A stretch of DNA of 63,911 nt, the filler included, from Octopus bimaculoides (lineage: Eukaryota), in NCBI RefSeq assembly GCF_001194135.2. It is 8 parts of 7 records of this genome, joined end to end, with 100 filler letters (N's around TTAATTAATTAA, not from the genome) between each part and the next. Parts side by side here need not be neighbours in the genome. Positions count along the whole stretch, not along the records: positions 11,921 to 14,381 come from NC_068982.1; positions 14,482 to 29,864 come from NC_068989.1; 6 more parts are not named here. One strand, 5' to 3'. A program made the position numbers and the translations under genes. Numbering within the stretch: position 1 is the stretch's first letter; each line of letters opens with the position of its first letter. The notes beneath the pieces are model-generated. The model was not told where the DNA came from and searched no databases. It worked only from the letters and a program-made list of their open reading frames with translations. Below are positions 12,171 through 24,310 of the stretch, in pieces.

Positions 12171-13525
12171 TATGTGTGTGTATGTGTGTGTGCGTGTGTG
12201 TATGTATGTGTGTGTGTTAGCAAAAGTGTTAACTCTCATTGAAAATAAATAATAAAAGCAGCTATTTCACGTTCACTTCACTACATGTTCTCTGCCAATT
12301 TGCATTATAGATTGTTACTAATTCTTTTGAAATGGCTCGAATTGTTTGATGTATCATTGAATAGGCATCATCTTTCACAGTTTTATAAAAATGCAGATAG
12401 CAGAAAAGCATTGTAATCTTTCAGTCTACTGAAGAAGCGAATACGCTTGATTTGCAATAACATGCTGCAGTTTTCCCAAAAGCCATTCTGACTTTTTGGT
12501 TTCTCAATGTGACTGAACATTTCTCCGGCGTTATATCATCGGAGTTAGTAATTCTCAAATACTTGAAATAGAAGTTCTCCTATTACTATGTGATATCAAT
12601 GGTGATGTAAAGATGTAACAGAATGTTGTTAGGCCCCCGACTGCAGAAGAGCCCAAGTTTATGTATCAAATCATGTGTATCGAATAATATTGCTCCACTG
12701 ATAAGCACTATGAGAATTTTACTGTTCACGGCAAAGGGACGAATAAGCGACGCAACCAGATGGTATTGGATACAAGTACATTTACCTTCGTCATTATTTA
12801 CACGGAGTATTTTTGAAAGAAAGATTTAAAGCAGCTGTAGCAAATATGAAATTCAGTATTATACAGCTGGAAATTTTATAGGAACTTATCACTGGATTAG
12901 CTAGTTAAGATTGTAGCTGCTGTATTACACGTATATTAAAGTTTGGCGCTGGTGGTGAACCTGGATGAGGAGGATTTACAAAATGCTAGGTTTGCCACGT
13001 TGAAAACATCCGTGAAACCGACGAACATGTAATGTAGATTCATGTTTTGCTCAAAGTAAATTTTTAGTACTTCACAAAGAGAACGTACAAGAAGGGGTGG
13101 ACATGATCGAAGTTGTTCATCTCACAAAATTCTGTAAAGAGAATGTTGGGACTGGAAGCCGGATTGAAAAACAGAAATGAATAATGAATTCAGCTCCAGT
13201 TAAGACGCGCCTGTTAAGAAAGACACAGGCTAGAACTTAGGCGTCCATGAAGATAACTCGATATCCTTAGTCGCATTGATCGTCTTTCTTCATATAGAAG
13301 GCGACAACATTTGGTAAATTATCGGCCCATGCGCAGAAAAAAACATGCTATGGTGTTTGATATCAAGTCATGTAGACATATTATCGACACCCTGACTCAC
13401 AGATACGCGCTCTTAACACTGTAATTTTTATAACTTTAGTTACAATTGATCGAATTCTAAGAGCGTCAGAATTCCGTAAGATGATCAACTTCGATCATGT
13501 TCATCCGTTCCCATTCCGTCTTGTA

Positions 13526-13556
<31 letters not shown>

Positions 13557-13573
13557 ATATCTATCTATCTATA

Positions 13574-13607
<34 letters not shown>

Positions 13608-13881
13608 ACTAGATATCTAGNNNNNNNNNNNNNNNNNNNNNNNNNNNNNNNNNNNNNNNNNNNNNNNNNNNNNNNNNNNNNNNNNNNNNNNNNNNNNNNT
13701 ATAAATTTATATACATATGTGTGCACATAATACACACGCACACACGTATGTGTCTGTGTTCTATACACAATATATAGCACACACACAAAGAGCCACACAC
13801 ACATACAGATCGCTAGCGATGTATGTTCAGTTGTTCGCCTGGTGTATGTTTTTGATCTTTTATACATATATATATATATGT

Positions 13882-14095
13882 ATATATATAACCTCGTGTA
13901 TATCGTTGGCGATTTTTCTTCCTCCGTCTTACCTTCTTTGGACTTTCCTATATTTCCGACGAAGTGCTTCGCTCGAAATGTCAAGTTCTCTTCCTTTCTT
14001 TACTGAGTGTCCAGTAACACAATATCTGTATCACGTCCTCGCGTTGTTGTGTTTTGTTGTTTTTGTAATTTTTCTTGTTTGAACTCTCTTTCTAG
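13882..14095 (+). mobile_element. Pyrimidine-rich pLTR-like repeat with degenerate hammerhead motif
   Basis: ttt-CCGACGA-A-GTGC-ttc-GCTC-GAAATGTC-aag at 13953-13985. Confidence 0.5.
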
Positions 14096-14481
14096 CTATA
14101 TATATATATATATNNNNNNNNNNATCTATCTATCTATCTATCTAACTAGATATCTAGCTAGCTAGCTATCTGTCTATCAATCTATCTATCAAGCAGTAAT
14201 TATAAATTTATATACATATGTGTGCACATAATACACACGCACACACGTATGTGTCTGTGTTCTATACACAATATATAGCACACATACAAAGAGCCACACA
14301 CACATACAGATCGCTAGCGATGTATGTTCAGTTGTTCGCCTGGTGTATGTTTTTGATCTTTTATACATATATATATATATANNNNNNNNNNNNNNNNNNN
14401 NNNNNNNNNNNNNNNNNNNNNNNNNTTAATTAATTAANNNNNNNNNNNNNNNNNNNNNNNNNNNNNNNNNNNNNNNNNNNN

Positions 14482-14566
<85 letters not shown>

Positions 14567-14631
14567 CGAAATATAAAATTTACCACTTTTCTGAAAGGAG
14601 ATAATTTCTACCATATATTTTGATAAGGAAA

Positions 14632-15830
14632 TTACATAAGAGCTTCTGGGTAAACAATATTCTTTGTATTTTGGTTTGAAGCATAGACAAACAGGACTTC
14701 CAAACTACGAACCATGGAGTAACCAATATAGAGCTGACCAAGAGAAAAGCAAGCCAGTAGATGTTAAAGACTAACCTTGAAGTTTATTGATAAAGTCGCA
14801 CTGGGTATTATGTCCGTTTGAACGCAAATGGCATGTCTGTTGGTTCGATTGTAATTCTTGGAATGAAAACCTCTTCCCCAGGGGCGCATCCAGTGATGAT
14901 CCTAGCTTCTATCACATTTGGTGATAATTTCTTCACAATCAACCTTGCATAATTTAGAAGGATCTAAATTTCTTAGAAGGAATATTAGGACCCCTACCTT
15001 CAGAAAAGTTTATGTGGAAGAGTTCCAGGTGGCTCAAGAGAATTAAGGAACTCTGTAATTCTTAATGACATTAGCAAGGATTAACTATGAATTATTGAAT
15101 ACAATTAATCCTTGTTACTGTCTCATATTTTGGAACAAGCATTGCTCTTTCACACAACTACTTATGGGAATTATTATTATTACTTAAGTGTGGAAATACA
15201 CTATTCTTCAATAAAGCTGGGGAATTCACCATGATATCAATATGAGCCAAACTGATATCACGATTACCACCAAATGGTACTTTCCCATTCCCTGATATGA
15301 GGAGCCAGGTTGAAAACTGTTTTGCACTTTGGTCCCCATGTAATAAAGCTCGCACGTTAGAATTGAAGGGGAATTTCAGCACTTTACGCCGTAGTTGTGA
15401 AGACTTAATGCATGCTTTTATTTCATGAGACCTTGTTCGTCTCGGAATGACTGGTAATGTTTAAGTCCCCTGATAAAACTAATGTAACTCCTCCAATACG
15501 TTTATTGTTGCCTTTGATTTCCTGTGAGGTCTTATGAAGAGCTTCCATTGAACCCTCTATGTGACATGGTGCATTCATTCCAAATGATAATGCGGCATTA
15601 GCATAGCACCTCTGCTGAACCTGAATCTTTGCTTTTGTTATAAATTGGACTGTCATTTGTGACCAGGTTTAGTGCTAATTTAAAAGCAGAATGCGCTGTT
15701 CTTCCTCCTGGGTGTATGGTGGCAACAAAGGAAGACAATGATACAGCAACTACAATTCTTTTTGGTTGCCTTACCTTGGGGAGAAGCAATGTTGTTACAT
15801 ATGTTTTACCTGTGCCACCACTGCTTTTTA
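14632..15830 (-). pseudogene. Helitron-type PIF1 helicase remnant
   Basis: SF1B/PIF1 motifs in order: GGTGKT, PGGRTAHSAFKL, GGVTLVLSGDL, LLRNLDPSKLC, GQLYIG, TKNIVYPEAL*. Multiple stops and frameshifts. Confidence 0.88.
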
Positions 15831-15928
15831 CTGCTGATTGTGTAACACTCTCGCACGCACGCACAAACACACACACAAATACAGATGCATACACTATCAG
15901 CCATCAGCTCAAATGGACGTGTGTGCGT

Positions 15929-15960
<32 letters not shown>

Positions 15961-17754
15961 AGGAAGTGACTAAAGAGGTGTGTTGACATGTAAACGTACT
16001 TCAAAACTAAATAAGCATACATCATTTTTGTATGAGGGCATACATCATTTTGTATGTGTGTGTGTGTGTGTGTGTGTTTGAGAGAGAGGGAGAGATAGAG
16101 GAGAGGGGAAGAGACAGACAGGCAGAAAACATTGCAAATTTGTGAACATAGTAATTATTTCTTTCAGTAATTACCTTGTCATTTATCGTATATGTTTACA
16201 AATAGCGAATTAATGNNNNNNNNNNNNNNNNNNNNNNNNNNNNNNNNNNNNNNNNNNNNNNNNNNNNNNNNNNNNNNNNNNNNNNNNNNNNNNNNNNNNN
16301 NNNNNNNNNNNNNNNNNNNNNNNNNNNNNNNNNNNNNNNNNNNNNNNNNNNNNNNNNNNNNNNNNNNNNNNNNNNNNNNNNNNNNNNNNNNNNNNNNNNN
16401 NNNNNNNNNNNNNNNNNNNNNNNNNNNNNNNNNNNNNNNNNNNNNNNNNNNNNNNNNNNNNNNNNNNNNNNNNNNNNNNNNNNNNNNNNNNNNNNNNNNN
16501 NNNNNNNNNNNNNNNNNNNNNNNNNNNNNNNNNNNNNNNNNNNNNNNNNNNNNNNNNNNNNNNNNNNNNNNNNNNNNNNNNNNNNNNNNNNNNNNNNNNN
16601 NNNNNNNNNNNNNNNNNNNNNNNNNNNNNNNNNNNNNNNTATATATATATACCAAACTAAGCACGGGTCACATATCTTGTAGGGTTTTACCTCCTCCAGC
16701 GACTGTGACTCCACATGTGTTACCACGAATTCTATATTGGGAAAACATCCTCTCGGTAGCTGTGGGCCTCACCACGCCAGCTTTTGACAAAACCAGAAAG
16801 GCCCTGCATAGGTTCTTTCAAATCTTTAACGTATATATCATTTCGGAATTTCGTAGACATTACATTGATTTAAATTCTTCTTTTAATTACCCCTGTCATA
16901 AGTAAAACTAATATCTAAAATATATTGATAGCATTCTAATCCTTATAAATCTATTTTTAATAGATTATTTCTTTAAATCTCTTTTTAATTTAATTAGAAT
17001 TTCAGATATGTCCGCAACCGAGTGAATATTCCATAAGCATGCTACGGATTGCACTAGACACTTGCAACTAGCGGCTTCTCACACAATACTATCACACTTT
17101 TCTAACACTAGGCTGAAAAACAATCTATTTCTGCCATTCCCTCATTCAACATACCCTAATAGCATGAATCCAACCCACCCAACAGGGGATATGAATTCTC
17201 AACCCTTTATTAGGATCCCTAAAATGCGTATTCCGCAACCTTTCATACCCCTCTATAATACGCGTGTAAAATGCAACCCTATAAATAGAATAGAATTCCC
17301 AATACCAACTAGGATACAAAATTACCTAATAAAAGCAGGGTGAGGACCATACTTTTGTATACCCTCCACTTTCTCTTTAAAGGTTCAGGGCTTACCCATG
17401 CTCTTTTTCGATATCATCGATTCCAACTTTGCCCTCCACTATAAGTACCACCCTATCTCTAATCGATCCACTCTCAAATATCCTATTCTTCACTGAATAA
17501 TATTCAACCCTCTATAGCCTCATCTAATAGACGCAAAGTATTGCCAAAAAATATTAGTAAAGAGAATAATAAATATAATAATAATGATCATAATGAGAAG
17601 AATAATAAGTACATCGGCCATAATCGCAGCATGAATATTAGACCTAATAATGGAAACACAAAGAACAACTATAATACCACTATTTACAGTACTAGTACTA
17701 TACCTAGCAGCCGTCCATTTGATAGCGATAATTACTATGATAATACGATTGGCC

Positions 17755-19392
17755 GTGACTGCTACGGTAAGAGAATCTGTCATCTTTTGTATTTAGATGA
17801 TTTAAAACTATATGCAAATGACAAAGAGTTGGAAACATTACTACAGGTAATGCGTGGAATTATCAAAGGAATAAGCATGAAATTCGGCTTCGAAAAATAT
17901 GTCAAAGCAACCTTGAAAAGAAGAAAATTAGTTAAGAATAACAATATCACACTAGATAAAACAAACGAAACATTAGGCCTATGTCAGTCATACAAATACT
18001 TAAGAATCAATGAACTACATACGATACAGCGCACACAAATAAAAGAGTAGTGAAGAAAGGAATACTATAGATGACTTAGATTAATATTGAAAACAGAGCT
18101 CAATGCGAAAAGCAAGATTATAGCTATGGACACTGTAGCCGCCCCAGTTATAAGTTACATCTACAATATTCTTAATTGGACTCTAAACGAACTAACGAAA
18201 TTAGACAGGAAAGCAAGAAAAATAATGACAGGATTTAAGATGCACCTCTTAATATCTGACAGAAAGTTTATATATACAACGCATTGAAGGTGGCAGATGC
18301 CATATACCGCTAGAAAGCTATTATAAAATAAACACCACAGAATTTCATAAATACCTAGCTCAGAAGGGAGGGAATCAGGTACAAATAGCCACAAACACGA
18401 GCTAAACAGAAACTGTTTTACTGTCGTTAAGGAAGCTGAAAAATATAACAAAGAATCCATAGTACCTGACAATTATGAAAAAAGAGAGGAAACATCAAAA
18501 GTCGGAAACCAACCGAAATTCAGACTAAAACTGGTACAACAAAATATCGTGATACGTGGCAAATATTGGGATAAGCTAAACAAAAAAGAAACAAAGTAAA
18601 ATCCCAACAATAGCTGAAAAGCTCAGGACTGAAAACCGAGACTGAAAGATTTTTAATTGCAGCACAAGATCAAAGCCTCCCCACCAGAAATCACCAGAAA
18701 CACATAATAAAGAAAAATACAAGTAACTACGGAATTATGTGGTGATGGGGAAGAAACAATAAATCCAAATGTCTCTGGCTGCCCATTCCTGGCTATGAAG
18801 GAATATATAAGCACAGACACACAAGTGTTGCGACTTATATACACTAGAAGCTATGCCAACACTATGGAATGAAAAGTAAAGAAATATGGTATAGGCACAC
18901 CCCAGAAAAGGTTTTGGAAAATGACAAAACAATCATGTTCTGGAATTTGCCAATACATATAGAGAAATCAAATCTAATAGACCGGATATAGTTGTCAGTG
19001 ATCATCAAGAGAAAATGCTTTCTAATCGGCGTATCAATACCAGCAGGTACCAATGTACGTCTAAAAGAAACGGAGTAAGTGAAAATACAGGGACTTGGAT
19101 ATAGAGGTAACTCGAATGTGGAGCCTAAAAACCGAAACAATTCTTATAACAATAGGTGAATTAAGTATGATTAGAAAAACATTCAGAAAAATATATAACT
19201 AATATATCAGGACCTACGAAACTGTATAACATATAGAAATAACAGTATTTGGCGGCGCGCACATCCTGCATAAAGCACTTCCAATACAGGGAAAATGAGA
19301 TCACCGCAACAAACCACAGCACATACCCAAGGCACACAGAGCTGTGCTCGGTAGTGCACTAAAAGTATGTGGTAAAAATAAGACTCCTGAAT
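17755..19392 (+). mobile_element. R4/Dong-like RLE LINE, 3' ~1.6 kb (RT domains 5-7, zinc knuckle, RLE)
   Basis: [79 protein letters not shown], then 3' UTR and (TAA)n tail. Confidence 0.92.
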
Positions 19393-19429
19393 GATAATAA
19401 TAATAATAATAATAATGATAATAATAATG

Positions 19430-19462
<33 letters not shown>

Positions 19463-19471
19463 GTAATAATA

Positions 19472-19507
<36 letters not shown>

Positions 19508-19509
<2 letters not shown>

Positions 19510-20092
19510 CAGTTGAGCATGTTCTTTGGTGGCTGACGATATGTGCATCTCTGATCATGAGCAGAAGCAAATCTGATCTCAAGCAAATCCGTGGTATTAA
19601 GCAGAATATTTTTCTTGTTATAAAAGATAGGCTACAGCAAATATTCTGCTCAATACCACAGATTTGCTTGTCAGTTGTTTGACCTTAAACAGTTGAGCAT
19701 GTCCCTTGGTGGCTGACGATATGTGCATTTCTGATCATGAGCAGAAGTAGTGGGGGAGCATCATAGCCATGTGTTGAGAGGAATTTTTTGGGGTTTGAAT
19801 AATTCACCTTTGGAAGCATAGGTGTTTTGCTCAACATCCATAAACAAACCTTATTCAGGGACCTTTTGAGTGGGATGGGCTACTCGACCTGAAGAAAATT
19901 CTAACTGGGCTCCACCTGCGAGGTCATGCGCTGTTTATCTTGATATGAGATCACCATGTCGCACACATATGGTTGTGATGCATATGCCTGGTTTACCTTT
20001 ATCAGACGGGTAGTCATGATGGGTATAACGAGCTCCGTATATTTTACCCCAGTGTCATTTTGATGGCATGCACTACTCTTTCACTCAATAAT
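19508..20092 (+). mobile_element. Repeat family D, 3' part with rearranged 5' junction
   Basis: Homologous to 5754-6060 (inverted). Internal duplication of AGTTGAGCATG...GAGCAGAAG and a 32-bp inverted repeat. Ends CACTCAATAATAAAT. Confidence 0.75.
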
Positions 20093-20110
20093 AAATAATT
20101 ATAATGATAC

Positions 20111-20152
<42 letters not shown>

Positions 20153-20164
20153 CGACGACGATAA

Positions 20165-20350
20165 CCGAAGCAGTACGAGACAGTGGCTCTCAAGGCTTCT
20201 CACCTTAACTAATTGAAAATGTTATCATGCACATGTTTTTTATTGGTATAAAAGATGGACTGCAGCAAATGTTCTGCTCAGTACCACGTTTGCTTGTCGG
20301 TTGTTTGACTTTAAGCAGTTGAGCATGTCCCTTAGTAACTGACGATATGT
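20165..20350 (+). mobile_element. Repeat family D, 5' part
   Basis: CAGTACGAGACAGTGGCTCTC... matches the reverse complement of about 5870-6055. Confidence 0.7.
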
Positions 20351-20409
20351 GCACCTTATTGTAACTGTATTGAAAAGTGTTCTATGCAGCTGGAAATCTA
20401 TCAATAAAT

Positions 20410-20770
20410 ACCCTTTCAAAACTAACTATATAGAACACACTTCACAATTCTAGACACGTTTAATTTTAAGCAACGATATTCAGGGCATCTAAATTTTTTG
20501 AAGTACGAAGAACATATCAAATCTACGTCTCTAGCTGAACATGGGCTAATGGCCATGTTCAGCTAGAGACACCTTGTAGCATAACATGGTCCATCATAGA
20601 TTCTGGCCCTCCTTTACTGGGGGTAGCATGTTACTTGCTAGGTACGTCTAAAGGAATCTTTACACATCTTGTTGCATGACCGTAGACAGTTACTTAATAA
20701 GCAACCCGAACCCTTCTACACGTGTAAACACAAATTTCTTCGGCCTTTCAAGTTCTTTCAAGTGTGAACA
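20410..20770 (+). mobile_element. Penelope-like GIY-YIG endonuclease fragment
   Basis: NYIEHTSQF / FKQRYSGHLNFLKYEEHIKSTSLAEH / TPCSITWSIIDSGPP / KESLHILLHDRRQLLNKQPEPFYTCKHKF* (frameshifted). Confidence 0.75.
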
Positions 20771-21820
20771 ATCTAGCAGTACGGATTATCTCTTAAACCT
20801 TGTTTAGGCATATTACCTATCTAACGCCGCGAAATAAATAACCCTCCACGGTTACAATAAATAAATTTACACCATGAAGTCTACTCTACGTGTATGCACA
20901 GATTCTATAGGTCCGTCTAGTTCTTCCACAGATCTTTGGAAATATATCTTCGTTGAAACTACGGATACTCATTTCTTAATTTTAAGTTTAAACTTTACCT
21001 TTACTTGTAAGTTTTTTTATTTTATTTTACATTTTTTTTACATTTACTCTTTATCACTTTAACCTTTGTTTTACCCGCAGATTTTAAATCTTTTGTTTAC
21101 TGGAATGGCATCTATTACTAACGTTAACGTAACCAAGATTGCCCTGAGCCTCCTTTCCTCTCTTGTAAAATTGAACACCTACTATATCTGACGTCTTTTA
21201 TCTTTTTTAGGAACGCTCTATTACTTCCACCCGCCCTCCATTGCCACCTAGATTATATGTTTAACATCTCCTTTATATACCCCTATGTATGTGTCTTTAC
21301 ACCACCACCCCCTAAATCTCTCAGGACAGGAGCACACCTCGCTGTACTGATTAGTATATATCTAATACAAAACTCCTATTTACCTATCCTTTTCCTAGCA
21401 GAGTGTACTTTCTCTTCTCAGTAGGTATCTCCTCTACTAAGGATTACTATCTAGCTATTCTCTCTCATCATGGATTTACCTAACGAATATTCCATCCCAC
21501 TCGATTCAACTGGGTTTATTTGGAAATCTTCCTTCTCTCTGGACATAAAGAACCACAACAACTATCATTGATGAGGAACTTTTATTCCACTGTTACATAA
21601 TTAACATATATTTATTTCTCTTTCTCCGATGACTGAATACTCAACATATGGAATCTTCGCTGTGTACGATGTTCCATAGCTGGGATATCCCAGAAACAGT
21701 TGTCAGAGACTATCTCTACTTTTCACTATATAAGTAAATTAAATTAAATTAAACGTCTTTGTCAAGTCTTACCAATTTGCTTGCCACTCCAGTTTACTTT
21801 ATCCTATATGTGTATTTATG

Positions 21821-22200
21821 TGGAGACGCAATGGCCCAATGGTTAGGGCAGCGGCTCGCGGTCATAGGATCGCTGTTTCGATTCCCAGAAAGGGCGTTGT
21901 GTGTGTTTATTGAGCGAAATACCTAAAGCTCCACGAGGATCCGGCAGGGGATGGTGGCGAACCCTGCTGTACTCTTCCACCACAACTTTCTCTCACTCTT
22001 ACTTCTTGTTTCTGTTGTGCCTGTAATTCAAAGGGTCAGCCTTGTCACACTGTGTCACGCTGAATATCCCCGAGAACTACGTTAAGGATACACGTGTCTG
22101 TGGAGTGCTCAACCACTTGCACTCTAATTTCACGAGCAGGCTGTTCCGTTGATCGGATCAACTGGAACCCTCGACGTTGTAAGCGATGGAGTGCCAACGA
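21821..22200 (+). mobile_element. SINE family B (full length, tRNA-derived)
   Basis: A box TGGCCCAATGG, B box GTTTCGATTCC. Highly similar to 58735-59120 and 50513-50670. Confidence 0.88.
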
Positions 22201-23639
22201 TAACGAAGTATCTATGTATTCGTGTGTGGGTGTGTGCGCGCGCGTATTTCTATGTATGTATATGTGTGTGTGCATTACATATTTGTGTACTGGGGTTGGT
22301 ATGCTTGTGTCTATGCATGATTGACAAATTTTTACGTGCTATTTTCTTGTGTGTTTCTTCGTTTGTTCGCGAGATATACATGTGCGGTTATATAACCGCA
22401 AATATATACAGAATTGTAATATTTCTTCTAAATAATCAGAACTAGATGATAATGGTAATTCAGGACTGTGTAGAAAATTGTATACGAAGACATATATTCG
22501 AAAGTAAAATAACTTTAGCCTTTTGCATTATTCTGGGTATGGCATTACAAATACAACATCATATTTCAATAACGTTTTTAATAATATAACATATACATTT
22601 CTATTTTCATTATAAAGTGGTTTCAGGCTGTTTTACATATGTGCTGCCTTAAAATTACACAGTGTCTTTTTTGTTCTAGCAAGTTTTATGCTGTTAAACA
22701 TTTAATCTCAATAGCTTTGTCATATGTGTCTCAGAATATAAGGTTACAGTGGCTTCATAATCGTATTTAGATTGGATGGAAATCCGCTTTCAATTCAATA
22801 AATCTTACATAGCTATATGTCTTCAGATTGATCTACTTTGATATATTAACTTTTATTCCAACTGTTTTGCGTAACAACAAAAGAAACACAGGCGTCTATG
22901 TACATCCATCACATATGTTTTCCAATATTAGTCAATGCAGTTTTCGAGTTTGTTGCTGATTCTTTGATGAGGATCGATGATTTCCTTTTAATGAATGTTA
23001 AATAAACTAATCTGTTATGATAATGAAATCACACATAATCTTCCTCTCTCACAATCTCCCTGTCTTTTAAACACACACACGTATTTACTCACATCCACAC
23101 AAACACACACATAAAACACATCTCAGAAGCTAATATATATGTACATGTGTGTGTGTATCTGTGTGTGTGTGTGTGCGTGCGTGTGTGTGTGTATGTGTGT
23201 GTGTGTGTGTGTATGTGTGTGTGTCCGTGTGCGTCTGTGTGCGTGCGTTTGCGTGTGTGAGAGAGAGTTTCATCATGAGACCTACTGAAAGGCCGAAGGC
23301 ATTCTATATACAATGATGTCAGTTTTGAATAATTACTTCTATACTTGCTTCAGCATTAACGTACTTCATAGTAGAAAATAAAAGTTTTCACTACAAATCT
23401 GGAAAATAATTGAGGTTTAATGGCATTGATTGTAAGTGATATTTCTAAGGTTTCAAATTTCTTAGTACTAGATAAAAGTGATCGTGTTAAGGAATGCCGG
23501 AGGTGGTATTGCATTTATGTTCAACAATATTCCTGTAAAGGAATTATACTGTTCTGCCCTAAGTTTTCTTACAGCATCGTCTATAGAAAATGTGAAATCT
23601 ATCGTTAGCTAGAGCTCCTAATCGTGAGGCTACTGCTCC

Positions 23640-24310
23640 TGATCTTGCCTTCACACTTCTCCTTTTCTCTCTTTCTCTCTCTCTCTCCCTCTGCTATTCC
23701 TAGCCATTCCATTTTCTCCTTTCTCTCTCTCTCTCTCTCGCCCTCTTGTATTTCTAGCCTTTCTCCTTTTACACCTCCATCCCTTCCCCTGTTTTCTCTC
23801 TATTCCTCTCCTTTTCTCCCTTTTATGCCCTCTTTTCCCTCTGCTTCCTGCTTTCACGTGACTAGCTTTACTTTTTTCCTTCCCTTTCACACCGGTCGCG
23901 TGGCTGACCGGTCACAAATTCTCTGTCTCTTTGCTGTCTATCCTTTAGGATGTGTTTTAAACATCACCCACCATTCTTGTCTTTTTGGTCCTGAGGCTAT
24001 ATTTTGCTCGTTTCTTATCTATGTCGATTCTGTCCATTGTCTTAAATCGCATTTATTCACTTTCGTATGCTCACTCAGTAATGTTTTGTTTTGTTTCCTC
24101 TCCGCCCTATTTTATTCGCAACTTTCGCGGGCACCGCCAGTATTGGAGGGTCTCAGTCTTATCATTAATGATGCGAAACTGAGTATTATCATTTAGTTGG
24201 TAAACTGACGAAGAATCAGGGACCTTATGTGTCTGTTTCCAGTCTGGTTGTACCCTCAGTATTCGCTATGTCGTTTGAATATTTACCGTACACTTTTTCC
24301 ATTTTTCATT
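23640..24310 (+). repeat. Pyrimidine-rich repeat, possibly PLE pLTR-derived
   Basis: CT-rich block followed by non-simple sequence; architecture resembles 33880-34510 and 60020-60570. No diagnostic motif found. Confidence 0.3.

Noticed and set aside
12427-12452. CTGAAGA-AGCG-aata-CGCT hammerhead-like start
   Set aside because: Followed by TGAT instead of GAAA; no helix III or stem I.
13700-14381. Near-identical 180-bp tandem duplication (13700-13880 vs 14201-14381)
   Set aside because: Gap-adjacent with about one difference; probably an assembly overlap or haplotype artefact.
16660-17530. Possible old LINE ORF on the minus strand
   Set aside because: All frames are heavily interrupted and I recognise no diagnostic motif.
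21821-21900. tRNA-like heads here and at 2505 and 58735
   Set aside because: They have A/B boxes but no complete cloverleaf and continue into SINE bodies; not tRNA genes.
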